A DNA stretch of 30,588 nucleotides from Clostridia bacterium (GTDB lineage Bacteria; Bacillota; Clostridia; Christensenellales; Borkfalkiaceae): positions 1 to 30,588 of the forward strand of contig JAFTMQ010000073.1 in the NCBI GenBank assembly GCA_017452305.1. The letters run 5' to 3'. Made by a program: the position numbers and the translations under genes. The notes under the pieces are model-generated. The model was not told where the DNA came from. It searched no databases and saw nothing but the letters and a program-made list of their open reading frames with translations. Positions 9,472-17,793 of the stretch are shown here, one piece after another. How positions within the stretch are numbered: position 1 is the first letter of the stretch; each line of letters opens with the position of its first letter.

Positions 9472-10305
9472 TCAATCAATTTTTATCCTTTCGCCGCTCT
9501 TTACAAGGCGTTCTTTTTTGTTGACAAACAAATAAACGTCCATACCGCTCGGGTTATGCACAAACGATCCGTCCGCCGACCAGCGCAGGCTGTCAAACGC
9601 TTTTGTATAGGCGTAGATTTCCCCGTTCGTCGCATACCAAATATCCTCGCGCCCCCCGATAGCTTCCGCAAATTTTTCGATAACTTCCCAATTCTTATCG
9701 TTATCGAACTCGTAGGAATGTCCCCACAAATAGAAGAGCTTAGGCGTGAATTTTTGCAAACGGATCGGGTCGGGTTTTATATCCAAAAACGTTTTTACCA
9801 GCTCCATGAGTTGCGGATTGTTATGGTGACAAGTCGCTTCTAAACGCAACCAATCGGTAGGAAGTTCGAATTGCTTGGTCGAAATTACCGTCCGCGCATA
9901 TTCAATGCCGCAAGCTTTGAGAATATCCACCACCTCGTCGTTATAAGAGCCGTTCGCATACGCCATGCCCTTCACCACACAGCCGAACAGCTTTTCCAAA
10001 GCAATTCTATCCTGCAAAACGTCGTTTGCCGCAACGGCACTGTCCACGTTCGCCAAAGACAAATGGTGTTGGCCATGTACGGCAATTTCCATGCCGCTGC
10101 TTGTATATACCTCAAAAGCTTCCGCCTTCGACAAATGCCAATCACTCACTTCGGGCATAAATCCGCTGTTGAGATTAAACGTACCCTTCAAACCGTGCTT
10201 TTGCATAATTTGAATGAGCCGCTTATCGAAATGCGGACCGTCGTCGTAGCTTAACGTAACTGCTTTCTCTTTAAAATTCGGAAAGCGCATTTGCGACCTA
10301 ATCAT
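9472..10305 (-). CDS. Polysaccharide deacetylase family (CE4/NodB-like) protein, no signal peptide
   Basis: TLSYDDG (motif 1), HGQHH (metal-binding HxxxH) and LWGHSYE (motif 5). TAATG translational coupling with eda at 10303-10307. Confidence 0.82.
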   Translation of the reverse strand: MIRSQMRFPNFKEKAVTLSYDDGPHFDKRLIQIMQKHGLKGTFNLNSGFMPEVSDWHLSKAEAFEVYTSSGMEIAVHGQHHLSLANVDSAVAANDVLQDRIALEKLFGCVVKGMAYANGSYNDEVVDILKACGIEYARTVISTKQFELPTDWLRLEATCHHNNPQLMELVKTFLDIKPDPIRLQKFTPKLFYLWGHSYEFDNDKNWEVIEKFAEAIGGREDIWYATNGEIYAYTKAFDSLRWSADGSFVHNPSGMDVYLFVNKKERLVKSGERIKID

Positions 10306-10859
10306 TATTTATTCTCCATCTTCGCCAATGCGTCTTTGACGTAGAACGAGCCGCCTACCGCCGCAATCTTTTCCCAAGCCAAATACTCGTCCAAGTTGCT
10401 CGCGTCCACGCCGCCCGTAGGAATAAATTTAATTTGGGGGAAAGGTCCTGCCAAGGCTTTCATTGCCTTCAAGCCGCCGTAAACGTTGGCGGGAAAGAAT
10501 TTCACCGTCGTAATGCCAAGCTCCAACGCCGCCATAATTTCGGTGGGCGTTACGCATCCAGGATAATAAGGCACGCCGCGAAGCTTACAAATTTTCGCCA
10601 CCGCAGGTGAAAGCCCGGGGCTTACGATAAACTTTGCGCCCGCCGCCAAAGCCGCCTCGCATTGCTCCGCATTGATAACCGTACCCGCGCCGACGTTCAT
10701 ATCGGGATAATTTTTGCAAGCATACGCAATCGCTTCCGCCGCGCACGCAGTACGGAAAGTGATTTCCGCCGTATTGATGCCGTCGTTTTTAAGCGCCGTC
10801 AAAATTTTGTCCGTTTCCGAAAGTTCCTTAATGACCACTACGGGAATACGTTTTTCCAT
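10305..10859 (-). CDS. eda: KDPG/KHG aldolase
   Basis: EITFRT, VGAGTV, FIVSPG, PGCVTPTE, VKFFPA (Schiff-base Lys) and FIPTGGV motifs; 184 aa. Confidence 0.92.
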   Translation of the reverse strand: MEKRIPVVVIKELSETDKILTALKNDGINTAEITFRTACAAEAIAYACKNYPDMNVGAGTVINAEQCEAALAAGAKFIVSPGLSPAVAKICKLRGVPYYPGCVTPTEIMAALELGITTVKFFPANVYGGLKAMKALAGPFPQIKFIPTGGVDASNLDEYLAWEKIAAVGGSFYVKDALAKMENK

Positions 10860-10878
10860 AATTTATTTCCTCCAAATT

Positions 10879-12255
10879 TCACATATTCAAATACGTAATC
10901 GAGTTGCGATAGCAAATATCCTTCACCACTTCGCCGACGAGGTTGATATCCTGCGTCATTTCCCCTCTTTCCATCATGCCGCCGAAGAAGTTACACAAAA
11001 TACGGCGGAAATAGTGATGACGCGGATAGGACAAAAGCGAACGGCTGTCCGTCAACATACCCACGAACGCGCCGATGTGCCCCGTCGCCGTCAAATCGTC
11101 GAGGTGTTTCTCCATACCCACCTTATTATCCAAGAACCACCAAGCGGGGCCGTATTGCATTTTGCCGCGCGCCTCGTCGCTTTGGAAACTGCCGATAAGC
11201 GTCATGATTTCCGCATTCATCTTGGGATTGAGGTTGAACACAATCGTTTTGGGTAAGGAATTTTCGTTGTTCAAACGGTCGAAAAGGCGGGACATATACT
11301 TAATGGAATTATCTTCCGCAATACTGTCATATCCCGTATCCAAGCCGAGCTTTTCGAGCATAACAGAGTTGTTGTTACGCATTGCGCCTACGTGCAATTC
11401 CGTCGCGATATTGTATTTTGCGTACAGCTTGAAAAGGAAGTAGGTCAAATAACCCTTGAAAATTTCGCTTTCTGCTTGCGTAACCGCCTCGCCCTTTCTG
11501 CGCTTTGCAAACACGGCTTCCGCGTCCGCTTTTTCTGCGATGGGATACACTGATTGCAACGCGACGTCCGCCGCCGTCGTACCCACCTCAATAAACGCCT
11601 TCAAACGCTCCTCAATTTTCTCTTCCAACTCATTCAACGCGGACACGGTACCCAGCTTTTCGATAAAATCGTTGTATTGCGCCGCTTCGATATTCATAAT
11701 TTTATCCGCGCGGAATGCAGGGATAACCTTGAATTTATACCCCTTTTTCGCAATCGCGGGGAAGGTGGATAAATCGTCGAAAATCTCGTTGGTCGTAAAC
11801 AAATGGGTTACGTTGGACTTTTCAATAAGGCTTTGCGGGGTGACGTTGTTCACCTTGATAAACTCGTTGCACCAATCCCAAATAAGCTCCGCATTTTCCT
11901 CGTTGATTTCCAATTCGCAGTTGAAAAATTCCTTCAACTCAACCTGCGACCAGTGATAGAGCGGATTGCCAAACGCCGTCGAAAGGGTTTTGCAATACAC
12001 GAGGAATTTTTCCTTGTGCGATTTGTCGCCCGTGATATATTCTTCGTTTACGCCGTAGTTGCGCATCAAACGCCACTTATAGTGGTCGCCTGCGAGCCAA
12101 ATTTCATATACGTCGTTAAAGGTCTTGTTTTCCAAAATTTGTTTTTCGGGCAAATGGCAATGATAGTCGAAAATCGGCATATCCTTTGCGTAGTTAAAAT
12201 ACAGCTTTTCCGCCGTCTTATTCGTCAATAAAAAATTCTCTTTGATATAGCTCAT
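10879..12255 (-). CDS. uxaC: Uronate (glucuronate/galacturonate) isomerase
   Basis: PIFDYHCHL, GDHYKWRLMR, GNPLYHW, QYGPAWWF and LTDSRSLLSYPRHHYFRRILC motifs. ATGA overlap with uxaA at 12252-12255. Confidence 0.95.
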   Translation of the reverse strand: MSYIKENFLLTNKTAEKLYFNYAKDMPIFDYHCHLPEKQILENKTFNDVYEIWLAGDHYKWRLMRNYGVNEEYITGDKSHKEKFLVYCKTLSTAFGNPLYHWSQVELKEFFNCELEINEENAELIWDWCNEFIKVNNVTPQSLIEKSNVTHLFTTNEIFDDLSTFPAIAKKGYKFKVIPAFRADKIMNIEAAQYNDFIEKLGTVSALNELEEKIEERLKAFIEVGTTAADVALQSVYPIAEKADAEAVFAKRRKGEAVTQAESEIFKGYLTYFLFKLYAKYNIATELHVGAMRNNNSVMLEKLGLDTGYDSIAEDNSIKYMSRLFDRLNNENSLPKTIVFNLNPKMNAEIMTLIGSFQSDEARGKMQYGPAWWFLDNKVGMEKHLDDLTATGHIGAFVGMLTDSRSLLSYPRHHYFRRILCNFFGGMMERGEMTQDINLVGEVVKDICYRNSITYLNM

Positions 12256-13652
12256 AACGTTACTCCCGTTTTATAAAATGCAATTTCACGAATGTCCTCG
12301 CTCTTACAAGCGTATTCGCCGTTGACCGTCTTCAAAATAAGGTCAAACAAGCCGTCCTCATCCATCGAATAGGCATTGAAATCCACCCAATTATTTTTGA
12401 AAGCGGAAATTCTATCATTGGACGCAATTTTCAACGTCGGCACAAAGGTGGAAAACGGAGTGCCGCGCCCCGTGGTAAAAAGAACGACCTGTGCGCCGCT
12501 CGCCGCGAGTGCCGTAGCCGCAATTAAATCGTTGCCGGGCGCATTCAACGCGGACACGCCCCCCTCGTTTACCATTTCGCCGTAGTCTAACACGGACACA
12601 ATTTGGCTTGTCCCCGCCTTTTCCACACAGCCCAAAGACTTCTCTTCCAAAGTGGTAATGCCCCCCTTTTTATTGCCGGGCGAGGGGTTTTCATATACGG
12701 GGAAGCCTTGGCGGGTATAGTACGCCTTGAAATCCTCGATCATCTTCTTGTATTTCTCAAAAACCTGCTCGTTTTTGCACTTGTTCATAAGCAGCTGTTC
12801 CGCGCCGAACATTTCGGGCACTTCCGTCAAAATAGCACTGCCGCCAAGCCCCACTACGCGGTCGGAAATTTTCCCAACCAACGGATTTGCCGTCAGCCCC
12901 GAAGAGCCGTCGCTGCCGCCGCATTTTAAGCCGATACAAAGCTCGGAAAAATCAACGTCCTCGCGTTGATATGCGCTCGCTTTTTCCGCAAAAGTGCGCA
13001 AAATTTCCATGCCGTATGCATGCTCGTCTTCTACGTCTTGACAATTAAAGTAGGCGATATTTTCACGGCCATACGGCGCGAGATATTCCTTAATGCCGTC
13101 CATGCCGTTATTTTCGCAACCCAAGCCAACGAACAAAACAAAGCTTGCATTCGGATTTAATGCAATCGCGCAAAGCAACTTTTTGATATTTTCGTTGTCC
13201 TCGCCAAGCTGGCTGCAACCAAATTGATGGGTGAGCGCGAATATGCCGTCGATACTGCCCATAACGTATTTTTGCGCTTCCTTTGCAAGCCGCATACACA
13301 CGTTGTTGACGCACCCGACGGTGGGAATAATATAAATTTCATTACGGATACACGCCCTGCCGTGCGCCCGCTTAAAGCCGCGGAAGGTCGCCTTGCCTTG
13401 CGTGGGCGTTTTTGCGTTGAACTCGTACCTGTATGCCACCTTTTCGTCCAAATGGGATTTTACGTTGTGCGTATGTACCCATTCGCCTGCGGATATTTTT
13501 TCCGTCGCTCTGCCGATAATTTCGCCGTATTTAACGACAAATTCGCCCACGGCAATATCTCTAAGCGCATACTTATGTCCCGCGGGGATTTTCTCCGTGC
13601 CGTCCAAGCAAACGCCGACGTTATCCCGTTCGTTTATGATTACCTTTTTCAT
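12252..13652 (-). CDS. uxaA: Altronate dehydratase (UxaA family, N-terminal SAF domain)
   Basis: GHKYAL, VHTHNV, IIPTVGCVN, HQFGCSQLG, GLGCENN, GLKCGGSDG and PSPGNKKGGITTLEEKSLG motifs; C-terminal KTGVTL. Preferred start is ATG 13652, which overlaps the uxaB stop (ATGA); the ORF track uses TTG 13661. Confidence 0.93.
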   Translation of the reverse strand: MKKVIINERDNVGVCLDGTEKIPAGHKYALRDIAVGEFVVKYGEIIGRATEKISAGEWVHTHNVKSHLDEKVAYRYEFNAKTPTQGKATFRGFKRAHGRACIRNEIYIIPTVGCVNNVCMRLAKEAQKYVMGSIDGIFALTHQFGCSQLGEDNENIKKLLCAIALNPNASFVLFVGLGCENNGMDGIKEYLAPYGRENIAYFNCQDVEDEHAYGMEILRTFAEKASAYQREDVDFSELCIGLKCGGSDGSSGLTANPLVGKISDRVVGLGGSAILTEVPEMFGAEQLLMNKCKNEQVFEKYKKMIEDFKAYYTRQGFPVYENPSPGNKKGGITTLEEKSLGCVEKAGTSQIVSVLDYGEMVNEGGVSALNAPGNDLIAATALAASGAQVVLFTTGRGTPFSTFVPTLKIASNDRISAFKNNWVDFNAYSMDEDGLFDLILKTVNGEYACKSEDIREIAFYKTGVTL

Positions 13653-15025
13653 ATCAAGCAAACGCCCTCTTTAATTTTTTCTACGTTTTCAAGAACGGAT
13701 TTCGCAAAGCCTTCGTACTTTGTCAAATCCTCGCCCCAAATTTTCTCGTCCGCCATAAACGCTTCTATCGACTTCTTCGCCGCGAAGTATTCCAAGTACG
13801 GCATATCATCTTTGAGCTCAATCGTGCGGTTGGGCACGTTCACAAAATACCCCTCGCCCTGCTTTTCGATAGAGGAATACAGCGCCATCAAATACGAGAA
13901 ACCCACCGTGAGCTTGGGCGCAAGCTTTCCGTGTTTTGCATAATAATCCTTGAACGAGGGCAACACACGCGCGCGCCATTTGGAAATAGAGTTAAGCGAA
14001 ATGCTTACCAATTGATGGTTTAAATACGGATTTTCAAAGCGTTCCTTTACGCTGTCCGCAAACGCCGTCGTCGCCGCGATATCGTCGGAAACGAAAGGAA
14101 TTACCTCGTCCTTTAAGGTGTCTTGCACAAACGCCGACAACTTTTCGTCCGTCATACAATCATACACCGTCACCGCGCCAAGCATCAACGCCGCAGGCAC
14201 GAGGTTGGTATGGCTGCCGTTTAATACGCGCACCTTTCTCTTTTTGTAGTAGCCGATATTGTCCGTCAATACGACTTCGATATTGTGCACGCCCTCTTTA
14301 ATATAGGTTGCGATGTTCCCTTTCTTTTCCACCGCCCAAAGTCCGAACGGCTCGCCGACGGACATTAAATCGTCCGTTTCGCCGATAAGCTCGGTCAAAT
14401 GCGCTTTGGTTTCCTCGTCGCGGGGATAGCCCGAAACGATACGGTCAACAAGGGTATTGCAATAGAAATTTTGCTCGTCGTTCCACTTACGGAAAGCATC
14501 GGGCAACGCCCACAGCGCGATGTATTTATCCACGCATTTTTTCAACTCGTCCGCGTTGTTGTCAATAAGCTCTACGGGCAAAAGATATACGCCGTCAAGC
14601 CCTGCATTGAAACGCTCGAAAAGGAATTTCGTCAATTTCGCAGGATAAGTGATACCGTCGAAGCCGTCTATCTTGTCCTCGCCGTTAAAGCAAATACCCG
14701 CTTCCGTCGTGTTGGAAACGATAATTTTCAATTCGGGATCTTTCGCAAGCGCATAATAGGGCGCGTCGTCCTTGAAGGGATCGATAACGGAACGCACGGG
14801 ATCAATCGCCACCACGTTTTCCACAGCCTTTCCATTTTCCACGCCGCGCAAAACGATATGGTATTTATTGTTTTGCTTTTCAAACCGCTCCAACGTACCA
14901 AAGGTGATAGGCTTGACGATAGTCACCTCGTACATGCCCCCTTCGTTTTTGTTTAAGTGGTCAAAATATGCGTCCACAAACGTACGCAAAAAGTTGCCTT
15001 CGCCATATTGCAAAATTTTAATCAT
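13649..15025 (-). CDS. uxaB: Tagaturonate reductase (altronate oxidoreductase)
   Basis: ILQYGEGNFLR, IIVSNTTEAGI, YPAKLT, TLVDRIVSGYP, RKVRVLNGSHT and RFENPY motifs. Confidence 0.93.
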   Translation of the reverse strand: MIKILQYGEGNFLRTFVDAYFDHLNKNEGGMYEVTIVKPITFGTLERFEKQNNKYHIVLRGVENGKAVENVVAIDPVRSVIDPFKDDAPYYALAKDPELKIIVSNTTEAGICFNGEDKIDGFDGITYPAKLTKFLFERFNAGLDGVYLLPVELIDNNADELKKCVDKYIALWALPDAFRKWNDEQNFYCNTLVDRIVSGYPRDEETKAHLTELIGETDDLMSVGEPFGLWAVEKKGNIATYIKEGVHNIEVVLTDNIGYYKKRKVRVLNGSHTNLVPAALMLGAVTVYDCMTDEKLSAFVQDTLKDEVIPFVSDDIAATTAFADSVKERFENPYLNHQLVSISLNSISKWRARVLPSFKDYYAKHGKLAPKLTVGFSYLMALYSSIEKQGEGYFVNVPNRTIELKDDMPYLEYFAAKKSIEAFMADEKIWGEDLTKYEGFAKSVLENVEKIKEGVCLI

Positions 15026-15058
15026 CGCAATTTACTCCTATGATTATGATTTAATGAT

Positions 15059-15087
15059 ATTATACCACTTTTTTGCTTGACTTTCAA
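15059..15087 (-). promoter_or_regulatory. SigA-type promoter with extended -10 for the uxaB operon
   Basis: The minus strand reads TTGAAA (15087-15082), 17 nt ending in TGG, then TATAAT (15064-15059). Confidence 0.7.
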
Positions 15088-15105
15088 TATAAAAAATGAT
15101 AATAT
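15077..15105 (+). promoter_or_regulatory. Candidate promoter for the divergent AraC gene
   Basis: The plus strand reads TTGACT (15077-15082), 17 nt ending in TGA, then TAATAT (15100-15105). The region is AT-rich, so a chance match is possible. Confidence 0.45.
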
Positions 15106-15144
15106 TTAATTAAATTACATATATATTATAAGGAATTGTAAAAA

Positions 15145-15939
15145 ATGGCTTTCATTGAAATTGACAAATCGGTACACGGCGAGGATTGGTCGATGCACGA
15201 CTTTCACTCCCACGCGCACTATGAAATTTACTTTCTTGTCAAGGGAAACCGCTCCTTTTTCCTTTCCAACGCGCTGTATAAAATGGACGGCCCTGCCGTC
15301 GTCGTCATTCCGCCCCACGTCGTACACAAAACGGAAGGCGGCTCGTTCGAGCGTTACAACGTCAACTTTTCCGTTTCCTATCTCGACGATTTTCAAAAGG
15401 AAATCCTCGACAACCGCGCCTTGCAAATATTGAAATTGACGGAAAAAGAAGCGAGCGCACTCCTTTCCCTCGTACAAGAGGGCTACGCTCTCGACAAAAC
15501 GAAAAAGCGGGACGAATACGCACTACACACCCTCTTTTCCTATGGGGTGTATCTATTGCATAAATCCGCGGTCAACCGCCAAACGCCGCAAGCCGTTTCC
15601 GAAACGGCCATTCCGCCCCTTATCTTAAAGGTGTTTGAATATCTCAACGCGAACTATCACGAAAACATAACGCTCGACAATTTGGCGGAACGTTTTTTCG
15701 TCGCAAAACCCACCCTTTTATACAACTTTAAACGGTACGTTAACCGCTCCCCTATCGACTTTTTATTGACGGTACGACTTGCCAAAGCCAAGCAACTGCT
15801 TGTATCCACAAAACAAAGCGTCAACGAAATTGCAGCCGCCTGCGGATTTTCCTCTGCCAACTATTTCGGCTTGATTTTTAAGAAAAAAGAGGGCATTTCC
15901 CCTTTGACCTACCGCAAAAACCAACTTGCTAAATTCTAA
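15145..15939 (+). CDS. AraC/XylS family transcriptional regulator (cupin plus double HTH), divergent from uxaB
   Basis: HSHAHYEIYF cupin motif; ITLDNLAERFF and EIAAACGFSSANYFGLIFKKKEGISPLTYRK HTH signature. Confidence 0.92.
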   Translation: MAFIEIDKSVHGEDWSMHDFHSHAHYEIYFLVKGNRSFFLSNALYKMDGPAVVVIPPHVVHKTEGGSFERYNVNFSVSYLDDFQKEILDNRALQILKLTEKEASALLSLVQEGYALDKTKKRDEYALHTLFSYGVYLLHKSAVNRQTPQAVSETAIPPLILKVFEYLNANYHENITLDNLAERFFVAKPTLLYNFKRYVNRSPIDFLLTVRLAKAKQLLVSTKQSVNEIAAACGFSSANYFGLIFKKKEGISPLTYRKNQLAKF

Positions 15940-15968
15940 TTCAACGCGTACCTGCCCCCTACAAATAT

Positions 15969-16000
15969 GAAAACGACCCGTAAAAACGGGTCGTTTCTTT
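15969..16000. terminator. Bidirectional intrinsic terminator between the convergent AraC and GH28-like genes
   Basis: 11-bp stem aaacgacccgt (15971-15981), loop aaaa, acgggtcgttt (15986-15996), with T-rich ends in both directions. Confidence 0.8.
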
Positions 16001-17385
16001 TAGCACTGCTTTAAGTTTTTAACGTTGTCGAACACGAAGTCCTCGCGCACGTCGGGACGGTAAACATTGATGGTTACGTTGTCGAGCGTCAAGCCGTCAA
16101 TATGTCTAAAATATATCCCTTTTGCAGGCAACGTTCTACCGTAGGTGTTTACCTCGGGATAAGGACGGGGAATTTCGGGCACGTTGGGGTTAAAGATCTG
16201 CACCGCGCCGTCCAATTCCAAATGTACGTTGCGAAGGACGATATTTTCCAAGGGCTGTTCCTTCAAACCGCAAATATTGCTTGTAATTTGCCAAGGATCT
16301 TCCCTTGTCAACGTGGAATCCGTATTTTCAAATTTCATCTTCCACGGCTCTTGATAGGTATCCTTTTCGACAAAGCTCACGTAATTCCAAGCAACAACTT
16401 CATACGGCTCGTAAGGGCCAACCGACGTAATATTTTCAAGCGTTACGTTGCGAATACAGCCAATCTCACGCCCCGCAGGTCCGCGCATACGCATACCCAC
16501 GTGCACGAACAAGGGCGCGCCGACGTTCCGCATAGTGACGTTGCGAATGGTAATTACGTCCACAATCGCACCGTCCACGCTTTCGATGGCGATACCTGTA
16601 ATTCTCGTTTCGTAAATCTCGATATTCTCGATTAAAATATCCTCAAACCCGCCGTTCGTTTCCGTACCGAATTTAATGGCGGAGCAACGGCTCTTCACCC
16701 TACAATCCCAAACGTGAATATCCTTGCAAATGCCAAGTCGGTTTAAGGTGTAAGAGGTTTTAAAGACGATACCGTCGTCCCCCGTTTCAATATCACAGTT
16801 GCTAATACGCACGTTTTTGCTGTTGTCGGGACTAATCCCGTCGATATAAACGCGCAGCTTCAAATCGTGCACGTCCACGTTTTCGCAGCCCGCAAAATAC
16901 ACGGCAAGGTCGGTTACGTTATAAATACCTAAACCGCGGATTTCCACATTTTTACATTCCTTTAAGGCGATACATTTCGGACCTCTGTGCAGAATGTCGC
17001 GCACGTTATCTTCGTCCCAAACGGAACGCATATCAATCTCGCCCGCGCCGATAAAACCGATATTTTCGCAATCCCTTGCCACGAACAGCGAGCAATCGAA
17101 ATAGCTGTGCGACGCATCTTGATAAAGCGGATAATCCAACTTCTCTTGCGGCGCATAATCATAAAAGCTTAACGCGCCCAAAATTTTGGCGTCTTTTGCC
17201 ACCTCAATATACACGTTGCTTTTGAGGAAAATGGTACTCAACACGTACATGCCCCCCTCAAAACGCACAATGCCGCCGCCTTGCGCGTGGCAATCATCCA
17301 CCGCTTTTTGCACGGCTTTTTGGCAGAGCGTAACGCCGTCCGCCACCGCTCCGTATTCCCGAACGTCAAAAATTCTTGCTTGCAT
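16000..17385 (-). CDS. Glycoside hydrolase family 28-like beta-helix protein, cytoplasmic, with non-canonical motifs
   Basis: N-terminal FDVREYGAVADG and GGMYVLSTIFLKSNV, YIDGISPD and GDDGIVFK, and repeated parallel beta-helix coils. No signal peptide. RBS AAAGGAG upstream. Confidence 0.8.
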   Translation of the reverse strand: MQARIFDVREYGAVADGVTLCQKAVQKAVDDCHAQGGGIVRFEGGMYVLSTIFLKSNVYIEVAKDAKILGALSFYDYAPQEKLDYPLYQDASHSYFDCSLFVARDCENIGFIGAGEIDMRSVWDEDNVRDILHRGPKCIALKECKNVEIRGLGIYNVTDLAVYFAGCENVDVHDLKLRVYIDGISPDNSKNVRISNCDIETGDDGIVFKTSYTLNRLGICKDIHVWDCRVKSRCSAIKFGTETNGGFEDILIENIEIYETRITGIAIESVDGAIVDVITIRNVTMRNVGAPLFVHVGMRMRGPAGREIGCIRNVTLENITSVGPYEPYEVVAWNYVSFVEKDTYQEPWKMKFENTDSTLTREDPWQITSNICGLKEQPLENIVLRNVHLELDGAVQIFNPNVPEIPRPYPEVNTYGRTLPAKGIYFRHIDGLTLDNVTINVYRPDVREDFVFDNVKNLKQC

Positions 17386-17420
17386 ATTCCACTCCTTTCA
17401 AGAGTTTTTACTCTATCTTT

Positions 17421-17449
17421 ATTATACAATATATAGGCAAAATTTGCAA
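17421..17449 (-). promoter_or_regulatory. SigA-type promoter for the GH28-like gene
   Basis: The minus strand reads TTGCAA (17449-17444), a 17-nt spacer, then TATAAT (17426-17421). Confidence 0.7.
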
Positions 17450-17530
17450 GCCCTTTACGAGATTTCTTCCCCGCATTTTTTTAATTATTTACGTCCGCCA
17501 ATCACCCTTCAACACTCCGCATTCCGCATT

Positions 17531-17566
17531 AAAAAATCCCCCTGCAAGGTCAAGCCTTACAGGGGG
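17531..17566 (-). terminator. Intrinsic terminator downstream of the secreted repeat protein gene
   Basis: Minus-strand RNA CCCCCUGUAAGG-cuuga-CCUUGCAGGGGG-AUUUUUU. It pairs fully, with one G-U, only on the minus strand. Confidence 0.82.
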
Positions 17567-17714
17567 GTGTCATTTATTTGACTTTAATTTCTCAAAAATC
17601 GATTAGTCTTCCTTTCTCTTTTTGATAATCAAAGCGGACGCTGCAAGCGCGATACCCGTGATAGCCAACGTGCTGCCGATTGCGCTGCCGCAACCACTCT
17701 TCTCGGGCTTCGCT

Positions 17715-17786
17715 TCGCCGCTCGTCGTATCGGAAGAATCGCCGCTCGTCGTGTCGGAAGAATCGCCGCTCGTCGTATCGGAAGAT
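17715..17786 (-). repeat. Three 24-bp tandem repeats encoding (SSDTTSGD)x3 linker
   Basis: tcgccgctcgtcgt(a/g)tcggaaga(a/t) at 17715, 17739 and 17763. Confidence 0.95.
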
Positions 17787-17793
17787 TCAACTT

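Noticed and set aside
17715-17786. 24-bp repeats as a possible mini-CRISPR
   Set aside because: The repeats are directly adjacent with no spacers, are in frame within a coding linker, and no cas genes are nearby.
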